From: Octopus sinensis | Lineage: Eukaryota | Reading direction: 5' to 3' | Assembly (NCBI RefSeq): GCF_006345805.1 | Contig: NC_043010.1 | Coordinates: 12,586,001 to 12,650,000 of the forward strand | Length of the DNA: 64,000 nucleotides | Part shown: piece after piece, positions 11,321 through 22,885 of the stretch | How positions within the stretch are numbered: the first letter of the stretch is position 1 | Layout of the letters: every line of letters begins with the position of its first letter | The notes under the pieces: generated by a model | The model's input: the letters and a program-made list of their open reading frames with translations, nothing else | Database searches by the model: none | Told to the model about the DNA's origin: nothing | Position numbers and translations under genes: made by a program

Positions 11321-11965
11321 AATTTTTTTTACAAACTCTCTTATCCAAAACTACATCTCTCTCTTGAAATCTCCTGCTGCTGCCGGTTGCTATAGAAATG
11401 TTCAAATATTCAAATTATATGTTAACCCCGACTAATCTCATGCAATGATCTCAGTTCTCCAGAATAAGAGAGAATAAATAAACAAACAGAACAACAGAAT
11501 CTATGGCAATTCTTCCTTTCTTTCCTTTAGCAAACTTCATGGGAAGAAAGGAATTAACATGCTAACAATTATTTCCTCTTTTTCTTTTTTTTTACATAGG
11601 TGCAAGCATAGCAATGTGGTAAAGAAGTGCATTTTACTAACACAGGGTTTCTGGTTCAATGTACCTGTGTGGCAATTAGCTTAAGTGTTTCCTATAATGG
11701 AAAACATTTATAGCCCTGGGTTGAACAGAGCCATGTGAGGGAATCCGAAAGACCAGGAACTGAAGAGAGAGAGAGACTCATTGTATATATATATTTGTGT
11801 GACTATGTGTGTGACTCTGTGTGTGTGTGAGAGAGAGAGAAATGAAGTGTGTGTGTGTGTGTGTGAGTGTGTGTGTGTGTGTATATGTGTGTGTATACAG
11901 ATGGATAGTTTTAGATATAGTCATATACATATAGTAAACATATGTGTGTGTGTATGTGTGTATAT

Positions 11966-12019
<54 letters not shown>

Positions 12020-12039
12020 ATATATATGTGTGTGTGTGT

Positions 12040-12083
<44 letters not shown>

Positions 12084-12109
12084 TTTTCCAAAATGTAACT
12101 ACATGTGGT

Positions 12110-12305
12110 TCATTGGCAAATTTTTTCCTCTGTCTTCCTTTTCTCTTGGACTTTCCTCCGTCTCCTGTTTCTGACGAAGAGCTTTGCTCAAAATGCAAAA
12201 ACTACATTTCTTTCCTTCCCTGAGCATCTGCTAATGCTTTCCATGTACCACATCGTTGCGTTGTTGTTTTTTCCTTGTGTTTGTTCTTCGTATTTTGGGA
12301 TTTAC

Positions 12306-12308
<3 letters not shown>
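12110..12308 (+). mobile_element. PLE-like terminus with decayed hammerhead
   Basis: CTGACGA(12171-12177)-A-GAGC/GCTC stem-AAAATGC (GAAACG after CpG decay), T-rich tail, (TA)n. Confidence 0.5.
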
Positions 12309-12340
<32 letters not shown>

Positions 12341-12510
12341 CCAAGATAAAACTCTGAGTTTCGGATGCCGAGGTGGAACGAGGTGGAAATCCACAATACC
12401 ATCTCTTCGGTTATCAGGCCAGATAACTGAAGAGATGGTGTTGTGGATTTCCACCTCAGCATCTGAAACTCAGAGTTTTATCTTGGCTATTGAATAATTG
12501 TCACATATTA
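12341..12510 (+). mobile_element. Palindromic PLE-like cassette with hammerhead fold in both arms
   Basis: Inverted arms 12341-12415 and 12422-12486, 6-nt loop; right arm folds as AGATAA/TTATCT stem I, CTGAAGA, GATG/CATC stem II, GAAAC-tcaga-GTT; (TA)n on both sides. Confidence 0.7.
12421..12483 (+). ncRNA. Type I hammerhead ribozyme-like motif
   Basis: All three stems can be paired by eye; deviations are an extra U before GAAA and a GUU cleavage triplet. Confidence 0.55.
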
Positions 12511-12526
12511 TATATATATATATATG

Positions 12527-12965
12527 AAAGAATGGAGTTGAACGATGATTTAACAAAATTCCTTTATTCTCGACCAGGAGAGACAAAGAACTTATGTCAG
12601 CATCAAGATGAACAAAAACTCTTAGATGACTGCCCACACGGAGTCCATAGCGATAATCGCTATTATCGCTATGAACTCCGTTTGGGCAGTCATCTAAGAG
12701 TTTTTGTTCATCTTGATGCTGACATAAGTTCTTTGTCTCTCCTGGTCGAGAATAAAGGAATTTTGTTAAATCGTCGTTCAACTCCATTCTTTAATTTATT
12801 TGTATTAAAAAAAACCCCCCAAAAACCACACAAATTTCCACACGAAAGCACGTGATCTCTGCCCTTGGCATGTAGCTTCAACCGTGTTTTTCTGACGTGA
12901 ATTTGCTACCCGGGTATCGGTAAACCGAATTATCTATACTAAGATAATTCATTCAACTACTTAAA
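12527..12965 (+). mobile_element. Palindromic PLE-like cassette (266-bp palindrome plus ~170-bp unpaired tail)
   Basis: Arms 12527-~12657 and ~12662-12792 with few mismatches; homologous to 52565-52830 in opposite orientation; (TA)n flanks. Confidence 0.65.
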
Positions 12966-13269
12966 TATATATATATATATATATACATGTAGGTATGTAT
13001 TTGTGTATGCCTCTGTGTGGGGAGGGTGGTTTTCTCATCTTGATATCATGTACTAATTGTAAATACACATCCTTGTCATAGAAACAGTGCTGGTTCTTTG
13101 CAATCTACGGTAAAAAACATCTGGTCTAGGACTATGTCTGAACTATAATCATACCTGGAAACAGGTGAGACACGGCAACAAGAAAAGCATTCAGACATAA
13201 TGAAATATTAATCTCAGCAAATTACATCTGCCCCATGCAAACATGGAAAATAGATGCTAAAATAACAAC

Positions 13270-13350
13270 GATGATGATGATGATGATGACTACGAAGGCA
13301 GTAATGATATGACGATGATGATGATGATGTTGATGATGATGATGGTGATG

Positions 13351-13382
<32 letters not shown>

Positions 13383-13431
13383 GATGATGATGATGATTAT
13401 GATGATGTTGATGATGATGATGGTGATGATG

Positions 13432-13463
<32 letters not shown>

Positions 13464-13486
13464 GTTGATGATGATGATGGTGATGA

Positions 13487-13520
<34 letters not shown>

Positions 13521-13600
13521 GGTGGTGATGATGATAATGATGATGATAACAACGGTGGTGGTAGTGGTGATAGTGGTGGTGATGGTGGTGGTGGGTATTG
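13270..13600 (+). repeat. (GAT)n/(GGT)n compound microsatellite
   Basis: Direct reading; explains the poly-Met and poly-Ser ORFs. Confidence 0.95.
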
Positions 13601-13810
13601 GTAACCTACATGAAAAATATGCATCAAATCAAGAATCAAATGTTGGTCAAATGAATTAACTTCCATATGGTACTTTTGCTGTTGTTGTTGTTGTTGTTGT
13701 TGTTATTGTTGTCGTTGTTGTTGTTTTGCAATTGATTAACCCTCTAATCTGACATATATCTAATCTCACATTATGTATAATGTAGCTGTAAATAACATTA
13801 TACAATATCT

Positions 13811-15135
13811 ACCATAACTCAGTATTGTGGTCCACTGTCCCCTAAATACAACATTCCCATACTCAACAATGAGGACCACTGTCCCCTATGTCCCCTAAAT
13901 ACAACATTCCCATACTCAACACAGGGTGATACTGACCCCTAAGTACAACACTAGATAACTCAACAATGGGGACCACTGTCCCTTAAATACAACATTCCCA
14001 TACTCAACAGAGGGTGATACTGACCCCTAAGTACATCACTACATAACTCAACAATGAGGACCACTGTCCCCTAAATACAACATTCCCATACTCAACACAG
14101 GATGATACTAACCCCTAAGTACTACACTAGATAACTCAACAATGAGGGCCACTGTCCCCTAAATACAACATTCCCATACTCAACACAGGGTGATACTGAC
14201 CCCTAAGTACATCACTACATAACTCAACAATGAGGACCACTGTCCCCTAAATACAACATTCCCATACTCAACACAGGGTGATACTGACCCCTAAGTACAA
14301 CACTAGATAACTCAACAATGAAGACCACTGTCCCCTAAATACAACACTCCCATACTCAACAGAGGGTGATACTGATCCCTAAGTACATCACTACATAACT
14401 CAACAATGAGGACCACGGTCCCCTAAATACAACATTCCCATACTCAACACAGGGTGATACTGACCCCTAAGTACATCACTACATAACTCAACAATGAGGA
14501 CCACTGTTCTCTAAATACAACATTCCCATACTCAACACAGGATGATACTAACCCCTAAGTACAACACTAGATAACTCAACAATGAGGACCACTGTCCCCT
14601 AAATACAACATTCCCATACTCAACACAGGGTGATACTGACCCCTAAGTACATCACTACATAACTCAACAATGAGGACCACTGTCCCCTAAATACAACATT
14701 CCCATACTCAACAGAGGGTGATACTGACCCCTAAGTACAACACTAGATAACTCAACAATGAAGACCACTGTCCCCTAAATACAACACTCCCATACTCAAC
14801 ACTGGGTGATACTGATCCCTAAGTACAACACTAGGTAACTCAATGATGAGGACCACTGTCCCCTAAATACAACACTCCCATACTCAACACAGGATGATAC
14901 TAACCCCTAAGTACAACACTAGATAACTCAATAATGAGGACTACTGTCCCCTAAATACAATTCTTCTATAACTCAAAACTGTTGTCCACTGTCCCCAAAA
15001 TGCAATATTACCATAACTCAACAATAAGGTCCATTGTCCCCTAAGAATTACACCAGAATAACTCAATGATGAGGACTACTGTCCCTTAAATACTACATAA
15101 CTATAACATAATAATGATATTCACTGTCCCCTAAA
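13811..15135. repeat. Minisatellite with 88-bp dimeric unit (45-bp A plus 43-bp B monomer)
   Basis: A=ataactcaacaatgaggaccactgtcccctaaatacaacattccc, B=atactcaacacagggtgatactgacccctaagtacaacactag; period 88 (13921 vs 14009); about 11-12 dimers, with degenerate A-only flanks. Confidence 0.95.
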
Positions 15136-15189
15136 TATATGTGTATGTATATTATATATACACACACATACATAAACATGTGCACATAT

Positions 15190-15342
15190 ACATGTATATA
15201 TATACATATGTATATATGTATATATACATATGTATATATGTATATATACATATGTATATATGTATATATACATATGTATATATGTATATATACATATGTA
15301 TATATGTATATATACATATGTATATATGTATATATACATATA
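15190..15342. repeat. 22-bp (tacatatgtatatatgtatata)n array
   Basis: About six near-perfect copies. Confidence 0.85.
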
Positions 15343-15349
15343 TACTTTG

Positions 15350-15570
15350 TTTTTGTCCGGGAATCTCTTTTTAAAGTAGGGGAAATAGCTAAGGTTCTCT
15401 GGCTGCTATTTCTAAACTTCGGTATGTGGTAAAGCAAATCTTTGCTGAACCCTAATTATAAAATATTACTTAAGTTTACCGAGAAATGGTCCCTTTTCAT
15501 GCCGAATTCTACTTGGTGAAATTATTGATTACTAATTAATTCATTAATTCTACCCTTTGTTATTGTATAT
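15350..15570 (+). mobile_element. Diverged non-palindromic copy of the 1449-1670 PLE-like terminus
   Basis: Shares gaaatagct...aaatctttgctgaaccctaattata...gtttac...aatgg...aaattatt with 1449-1670 and ends in (TA)n. Confidence 0.6.
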
Positions 15571-15681
15571 ATATATATATATATATATATACTTTATTTA
15601 AAGTAGCAGAAAATTCAACAAAACCTGTTACTCTGAGTTTCCCGTTGCCGTTCATCGGACAGTTTTTGCTAGAAAAAACAA

Positions 15682-15719
15682 CTGTCCGATGAACGGCAAC
15701 GGGAAACTCAGAGTAACAG
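15682..15719 (+). ncRNA. Minimal type I hammerhead-like motif
   Basis: CTGT/ACAG stem I, CCGATGA core (U4C), short CG-gcaa-CG stem II, GAAAC-tcaga-GTA cleavage site; mirrored on the minus strand in the left arm. Confidence 0.55.
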
Positions 15720-15791
15720 ATTTTGTTGAATTTTCTGCTGCTTTAAATAAAGCATATTACTCTACCACTGGTATTTGAGTACTCTTTTTTC

Positions 15792-16544
15792 CAACCTCAT
15801 CCGACGACAGACACCCATCCCAACCCCCCATGCTTGCGAAGACATGTTGGGGCAAGCGAAATCGAAATCGAAATCGAAACCGAATTGAACCAGCCAGGAT
15901 CCCTGGCCTGGTGGTACGTAAAAAGCACTATCCGACTCGGGGCCGTGGCACATAAAATACTCCAATGCGACCGTACAACAGGCACCCATGCCAACCCCCT
16001 TTGCTTGTGAAGACATGTTGGGGCAAGCGAAATCGAAATCGAATTGAACCAGCCAGGATCCCTGGTCTGGTGGTACGTAAAAAGCACTATCCGACTCGTG
16101 GCCGTGGCACGTAAAATACTCCAATGCGACCGTACGACAGGCACCCTTGCCAACCCCCTTTGCTTGTGAAGACATGTTGGGGCAAGCGAAATCGAATTGA
16201 ACCAGCCAGGATCCCTGGTCTGGTGGTACGTAAAAAGCACTATCCGACTCGTGGCCGATGCCAGCACCGCCTCGACTGGCTTCCGTGCCGGTGGCACATA
16301 AAATACACCAATCTGACCGTGGCCGTTGCCAGCCCCGCCTGGCACCTGTGCAGGTGGCACGTAAAAAGCACCCACTACACTCACGGAGTGGTTGGCGTTA
16401 GGAAGGGCATCCAGCTGTAGAAACATTGCCAAATTAGACTGGAGCCTGGTGCAGCCTTCTGGCTTCCCAGAACCCCGGTCGAACCGTCCAACCCATGCTA
16501 GCATGGAGAACGGACGTTAAACGATGATGATGATGATGATGATG
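15792..16544 (+). mobile_element. Long RTE-tailed SINE family D with internal ~160-170-bp tandem modules
   Basis: Module starts at ~15830, 16000 and 16159 with a variable number of gaaatc hexamers; ends gaacggacgttaaac(gat)n. Confidence 0.85.
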
Positions 16545-17271
16545 TTTCACATTTATGTGTTTACTCCGGTATATATATATATATATATGACTATGTCAAT
16601 ATGTATGCATGAGTGTGTGTGTGTGTGTGTATATATATGTATATATATATGCATATATATGTATATATGTGTGTGTATAGATAAAGTAATAAAATGATAA
16701 TATAATGAAATAAATAAATGGAAATCTATCAGCACTTTAAACTATGACTCTCATACAGAAGTGACTTTACATATTAAAGATTCTTCTACCACATTAGCTC
16801 AGACAGTCAGTGATCTCATCTCACCAAGATTCTCACAATCAGCTGCAAAAACTCAATGAACTAATATGATTATGGTTTACAATTGAGGTTCAAATATTTC
16901 AATAAAACCTCATCTTGTTTATTGATTTTGTTGATTTTGTATTATTATTTTCAGATTAATTGCTTCGGTTACCCCTACACCACATGCAACAGTACTGTAT
17001 CAATGTCCCACATGAGAGAGTGGAGATTTCAATGGTTATTCACAAGCATGTGATTTGTACGAAGAATGAGGACATGCGATGCATTGTTGAAGAATGAAAG
17101 CCGGGTGGAAAATGTGCCAAATAATGGAACTTGTTGTTGCTGTTGTTGTTGTTATTTAGCACTCCACTCCACAACAGAACAACCCTGACCAAATAAACAG
17201 ACATATGATTAGTAGCACCATTCTACCCATCTTTTTTTAGGAGCATTTAGAACATGATATATATATATATA

Positions 17272-17317
<46 letters not shown>

Positions 17318-17319
<2 letters not shown>

Positions 17320-17750
17320 TCTCTTTTACTCTTTTACTTGTTTCAGTCATTTGACTGTGGCCATGCTGGAGCACTGCCTTCAGTCGAGCAAATCGATCCC
17401 AGGACTTATTCTTTGTAAGCCTAGTACTTATTCTAGCGGTCTCTTTTGCTGGCCTGCTAAGTTACGGGAACATAAACACACCAGCATCGGTTGTTAAGCA
17501 ATGTTGGGGTGGGGGGACAAACACAGATACACAGACATACACATACACACGCACACACACTTACATATATATATATACACATATATACGACAGGCTTCTT
17601 TCAGTTTCCGTCTACCAAATTCACTCATAAGGCTTTGGTCGGTCTGAGGCTATAGTAGAAGACACTTGCCCAAGGTGCCACGCAGTGGGACTGAACCCGG
17701 AACCATGTGGTTGGTAAGCAAGCTACTTACCACACAGCCACTCTTACGTC
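17318..17750 (-). mobile_element. SINE family A, full length
   Basis: Complete tail-to-head match to the family. Confidence 0.9.
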
Positions 17751-17783
17751 TCTCTCTCTCTATATATATATAATATATATATA

Positions 17784-17879
<96 letters not shown>

Positions 17880-18879
17880 ATCTATATATATAATATATAT
17901 ATGTATATATATATATATGTATATATATGTATATATATGTATATATGTATACATATATATACATACATAATATATATATATAATATATATATACACATAT
18001 ATATATCAGAGAATGAAAGATGACTGACAAAAAAACGGGGCCAAATGATGAAAGCTGTTATTGTCATCTCTGTCATTGTTGCCATTTTGCTCCCCACTCC
18101 AGAACAACTCTACCAGTTACCGGGGAATATCTTTAGTGAAATTTAGCTATTATCTTTAACAAGTCAAGACATGATATAGTGGCCCTGTCATTGGATTCAG
18201 GCATTTAAAGTTTGCGCTGTGGTATCTATTACATTACAAGTGGCACTAGGTATTATTAAACTTATTGCTGAAGTCAAGCAGGTCTATGGTTAGAGGCATT
18301 ATTCCGCCCATGACCATTCTGTCCGTTTTTTTTTTTTAGAGTTATTTAGGACCAAATCATATTATGTGTTCTGATTTTATACAAAACAGTAGCATGTTAT
18401 TTGAGGGAAATTAAACAGCTATTTCTAGTAGCTTCAGTGACTGTAAAGAAGCCTCATTGCTGATTTGAAATGAAGTTGTGTTTAGGGGCCTATGGAATTG
18501 GGAAACCAAAAGAATTCAACGAGAGTTCAGTTTTACGAAGTAACCACATGGCTAAGCCCACACACAGGTGTAGAAGGAAACAGCAAGGTCTGATCTCAAG
18601 GTGCTACGCCTGACAAAGGAGATGAATGAAGGAGCTTGACAAGCATGGAGACACTAGATTAAAGAAAGGACCCATCCATGGGTGCCAAACATGGAAGGAT
18701 GCTTCTAAAATAATCATGAAGTTGGTGGTGGCGGCGCCGGTGGTGGTGGTTGTGGTGGTGGTGATAAATGATACACCTATTCATCATCATCATTGTATGT
18801 ATGTATTTATGTATGTATTTATATATGCATGCATATGTAAGTGTGTGTGTGTTTGTGTGTGCGTGTGTGTGTGTGTACA

Positions 18880-19050
18880 CGTATGACAGGGTTCTTTCAG
18901 TTTCCGTCTACCAAATCCACTCACTAGTCTTTTGTTGGTTCAGGGCTATAGTAGAAGACACTTACCAAAGGTGCCACGCAGTAGGGCTGAACACAGAACC
19001 ATGTGATTCGTTAGCAAGCTACTTACCACACAACTATGCCTGTGCCTGTC
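18880..19050 (-). mobile_element. SINE family A, head portion
   Basis: ttctttcagtttccgtctaccaaatccactcac...accacacaactatgcctg. Confidence 0.8.
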
Positions 19051-19057
19051 GATACAT

Positions 19058-19116
<59 letters not shown>

Positions 19117-19265
19117 GTGTGTGTATGCTGATATATGACCTATGTTGGACTCCTCATTTGCATAATCACCAGACCTGGAGCTTAACTATAGTCTGTCCAT
19201 AGCACTTACTCAGCATTACCTGACACCTTTGGGCCTTCTTGACACCATTACCTCTCATGACCCTA

Positions 19266-19296
<31 letters not shown>

Positions 19297-19364
19297 GATA
19301 AATCTCTGAACGAGGTATATATATACTTTATATATACTTCGACACACTGGATATGCAGAGATAC

Positions 19365-19545
19365 ACACATACATACATACATACATACATACATACATAC
19401 ATACATACACATATACATACATACATACATGTATACATACATACATACATACATACATACATACATGCATACATACATACATACATACATACATACATAC
19501 TTACATACATACATACATTACATACATACATACATACATACATAC

Positions 19546-19599
<54 letters not shown>

Positions 19600-19600
19600 G
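19365..19600. repeat. (TACA)n microsatellite
   Basis: Direct reading. Confidence 0.95.
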
Positions 19601-19867
19601 CATGTATGCACATACAACAGTATTAATGTTTCATGGGTTCACACATCCTTGCCAGTCAAAAAAGGAAAGGAAAAAATGATCTACCTAGAAATTAACTTAG
19701 CAGCTTTTATGAAATAGAGATCAATAAAATGAGTACCAGGGGCAATATGTTTGGATAAAATTCTTTGAATGTGGCATTTCAACTTGATGGCCACATTCCA
19801 ATGACTGGAATCGGTAAAAAGAATAGATGGAAAGTAAAATCCTAAAAGTTCCTTTTGTAGATAACAT

Positions 19868-20092
19868 TTTTTTCACCTTTTATACCTGTTTCAGTCTTTT
19901 GGCTGTGTCCATGCTGGAGCAACAGCTCAGAGAATTTAGTTGAAAAAATCGTATGCACAGTACTTATTTTTAAGTCTAGTACTAATTCTGTTGTTCTCTT
20001 TTTACTGAACCACTAAGTTATGGGGACGTAAACAAACTAACACCAGTTGTCAAGCAGTGATGGCAGATAAACATAAGCACAGAGACACCCAT
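19868..20092 (-). mobile_element. SINE family A, tail portion
   Basis: cctgtttcagtc...ccatgctggagc...gtaaacaaactaacaccagttgtcaagc. Confidence 0.75.
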
Positions 20093-20134
20093 AACTATAT
20101 ATATATATATATATATAATATATATATATATATA

Positions 20135-20320
20135 GTTGGTGGCACGTAAAAAGCACCCACTACACTCTCGGAGTGGTTGGCATTAGGAAGGGCATCCAGC
20201 TGTAGAAACTCTGCTAGATTAAGACTGGAGCCTGGTGCAGCCATCTGGCTCGCCAGCCCTCAGTCAAATCGTCCAACCCATGCTAGCATGGAAAGCGGAC
20301 GTTAAATGATGATTATGATG
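20135..20320 (+). mobile_element. RTE-tailed SINE family D
   Basis: ggcacgtaaaaagcacccac...gcggacgttaaatgatgat. Confidence 0.85.
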
Positions 20321-20880
20321 ATAATGATATATATGTAATATGTATGTATAAATGTATGTATGTATGAATATATATATGTGCATGTTTGTATGTGTATATA
20401 TATACATATATATACATGTGTGTGTGTATGTATGAATGTTTATGTATGTATATGATGGGCTTCCTTCAGTTTCCCTCTAGCAAACTTTGTCTTCTTCTTA
20501 CACTTCTTCTTTTTCTTCTTCTTCTTCGTCTTCTTCTTTATCTTCTTCTTCTCAAAAATGGTATTTAACATCAGGTGGTGAGTGACAAACACAGACGAAG
20601 GACACACACATACCCGCATGCCCACACACATACACTCACACACACACATGTACATATATATATGATGGACTACTACACACTTTCCATCTATCAGATTCAC
20701 TAACAAGGCATTTGTCAGCCTAGTGCTATACTAGAAGACAAATGCCCAAGGTACCACATAGTGGAACTAAGTCTGGAACCTTCTTAACCACACAGACACA
20801 CCAATACCTTTTTTAAAAGAAATTATAACCACTTTTTGTTTATTTCTTTATAACACTTTTTGTTTATTTCTTTAGTGAAG

Positions 20881-21050
20881 AGGCGCAGGAGTGGCTGTGT
20901 GGTAAGTAGCTTGCTTACCAACCACATGGTTCTGGGTTCAGTCCCACTGCATGGCACTTTGGGCAAGTGTCTTCTACTATAGCCTCAGGCCGACCAAAGC
21001 CTTGTGAGTGGATTTGGTAGACGGAAACTGAAAGGAGCCCACAGTATATA
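20881..21050 (+). mobile_element. SINE family A head
   Basis: aggcgcaggagtggctgtgtggtaagtagc...ggttcagtccc; A- and B-box-like motifs. Confidence 0.85.
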
Positions 21051-21081
21051 TGTATATATGTGTGTGTGTATCCGTGTTTGT

Positions 21082-21136
21082 CTTGGGGAAATTTTGAACC
21101 TGGATTCTCCTTCCTAAGGTATTTTCGCTGTTGTTG

Positions 21137-21172
<36 letters not shown>

Positions 21173-21242
21173 TAACTGCCTGAAATTGAACTTGGAATCT
21201 TGGGGTTAGTAGCCAACACTCTAAACCACTATGCCATATGCC
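21082..21242 (-). mobile_element. tRNA-headed SINE family F, truncated before its hammerhead tail
   Basis: Homologous to 41290-41437 (tRNA-like head, (TAA)n, ccttaggaaggagaatccaggttc). Confidence 0.7.
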
Positions 21243-21307
21243 TGTCAAATGTAAATAATATAAATAATGTACATTATTCCTCATCTCTTAAATATAGAAC
21301 TGTATAA

Positions 21308-21454
21308 ATCAATTCCAGGACTTATTTTTTAAGATTGGTACTTAACAGTCTCTTTTGCTGAACCGCTAAGTTACAGGAATATAAACACACCAACACATGT
21401 TGTCAAGTGATGATGGTGGGCCAAACACAGACACAAAGACACACACACATAGAC

Positions 21455-21503
<49 letters not shown>

Positions 21504-21650
21504 ACAGGCTTCTTTCATTTTATATCTACCTTATCCACTTACAAGGCTTTGGTCAGCCTAAGGCTGTAGTAGAAGACATTTGCCTGAGGTGCCATGAAAT
21601 CAGACACTGAAACCGGAACCATGTGGTTTCTACACAGCCACCTCTATACC
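21308..21650 (-). mobile_element. SINE family A
   Basis: Body and head homology. Confidence 0.8.
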
Positions 21651-22624
21651 TATGTAGACGAGTGCATGTATGTAAATTTTATTTATCACAATTTATTACA
21701 AGGAAATGATAAAAAAAAAAGGGGGGGCGGTGAATTTTTGAGGCTATAAATGGAGGGGATGGAGCAATGGGTCACACACCCCAGAATAAATGGTGTGTTC
21801 AGTTGTGTCCACAGAAAATAGCCACCTCATGGGGCTCATTTCTCAGACAGGTCACTGTTATCCTGATTTAGCACAGGAAAACATAGTGTGGTGTCCAGGA
21901 ATAACTGATTTGTTATTAATGTTTTTATCACTTACTGCTCACCAAATCTGCTTCAGTACTATTAGTGTGCAACCATTCAAACACATAGGAATAACCTAGT
22001 AGTGGTCAACACTCTACAAAGGTCAAACAAGATGATCCACATCTCAAATCCTAAATCACATAAGGAAAAAGATTAGAATCCTAAATCCTAAATCACATAC
22101 GGGAAAAGATTAAAAAGACACAAATATCTGATTGGTTGACATGGAGTTGCTCACAAAGCATATTCCAGCCTTGGGCCCCACAGATATGCCATCTGCTCAG
22201 TTTTTACCTTTGCTTCTTGTTACTACAATAGTTTCTGCCTCACAGAGCAGGGAAGATGTGTGCTACACCTACCTGGCTCATCTGACTCTCTCTTTTTCCA
22301 TCCTCTTTTCATCATATTTTGTCTACACCTTCCTCCGCAGAATCCCACATTACCACTATACCCAATATTTATTCACCAGAAAGGCAGCCTTTGTAGAATT
22401 TTCCACTGTTTCTCTCCCACATTTTCCCTTGAAATTATTCAAGAAAAACATTGATTGAATCAATGTCACAAGTCTTGGACAGTCTGCAAAGGTTATGGGC
22501 CCAAAACTTCCCAACAGGTAAAACAATTAAATAAATAAATGAAAGAAAAAGAAGAATATTCTAAAATCCTGCAATCCTGCACCTGAGATCATACTTGCTT
22601 TACTCCATGGGTTCATTTGTTCCT

Positions 22625-22885
22625 TCTCGAGCCATGCCTGGCTCATAAGGGCCGGTTTCCCAGTTTCCTTGGCATATAGGTTCCCCACCAGGATGGGACG
22701 CCGGTCCGTCGCAGGTGAGCTGCGAGATGCAGGAGGAAAGAGTGAGAGAAAGTTGTGGCGAAAGAATCAGCAGAGGTTCGCCATTACCTTCTGTCGGACC
22801 CACGTGGAGCTTAGGTGTTTCACTCATAAACACACACATGGACCGCGAGTCCATTGCTCTAACTACTAGGCCATGTGCCTCCACA
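22625..22885 (-). mobile_element. tRNA-headed SINE (family C-related)
   Basis: Minus-strand head gtggaggcacatggcctagtagttagagc; tail ctgcgacggaccggcgtcccatcc; related to 43163-43530 and 60098-60558. Confidence 0.7.

Larger units (their letters stand above)
15592..16572 (+). mobile_element. Palindromic PLE-like cassette (73-bp arms) whose tail is split by a SINE
   Basis: Arms 15592-15664 and 15680-15752, 2 mismatches; tail 15753-15791 appears to resume at ~16545 (tgtttcacatttatgtgtttactccgg) before (TA)n. Confidence 0.65.

Noticed and set aside
13811-15135. CRISPR-like array
   Set aside because: Both alternating units are repeated, so there are no unique spacers; eukaryotic context and no cas genes.
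15797-16504. 235-aa ORF with internal repeats
   Set aside because: Antisense reading of SINE D tandem modules; the same peptide start recurs at other SINE D copies (5692-5919, 61571-61801).
16955-17100. Acceptor-like tttcag followed by a 47-codon frame; similar cases at 28096-28204, 48109-48210 and ORF 54929-55219
   Set aside because: No recognisable homology and no consistent exon chain; expected by chance in AT-rich DNA.
18045-18146. Signal-peptide-like 33-aa ORF MMKAVIVISVIVAILLPTP...
   Set aside because: Too short, no convincing splice donor, and no supporting context.
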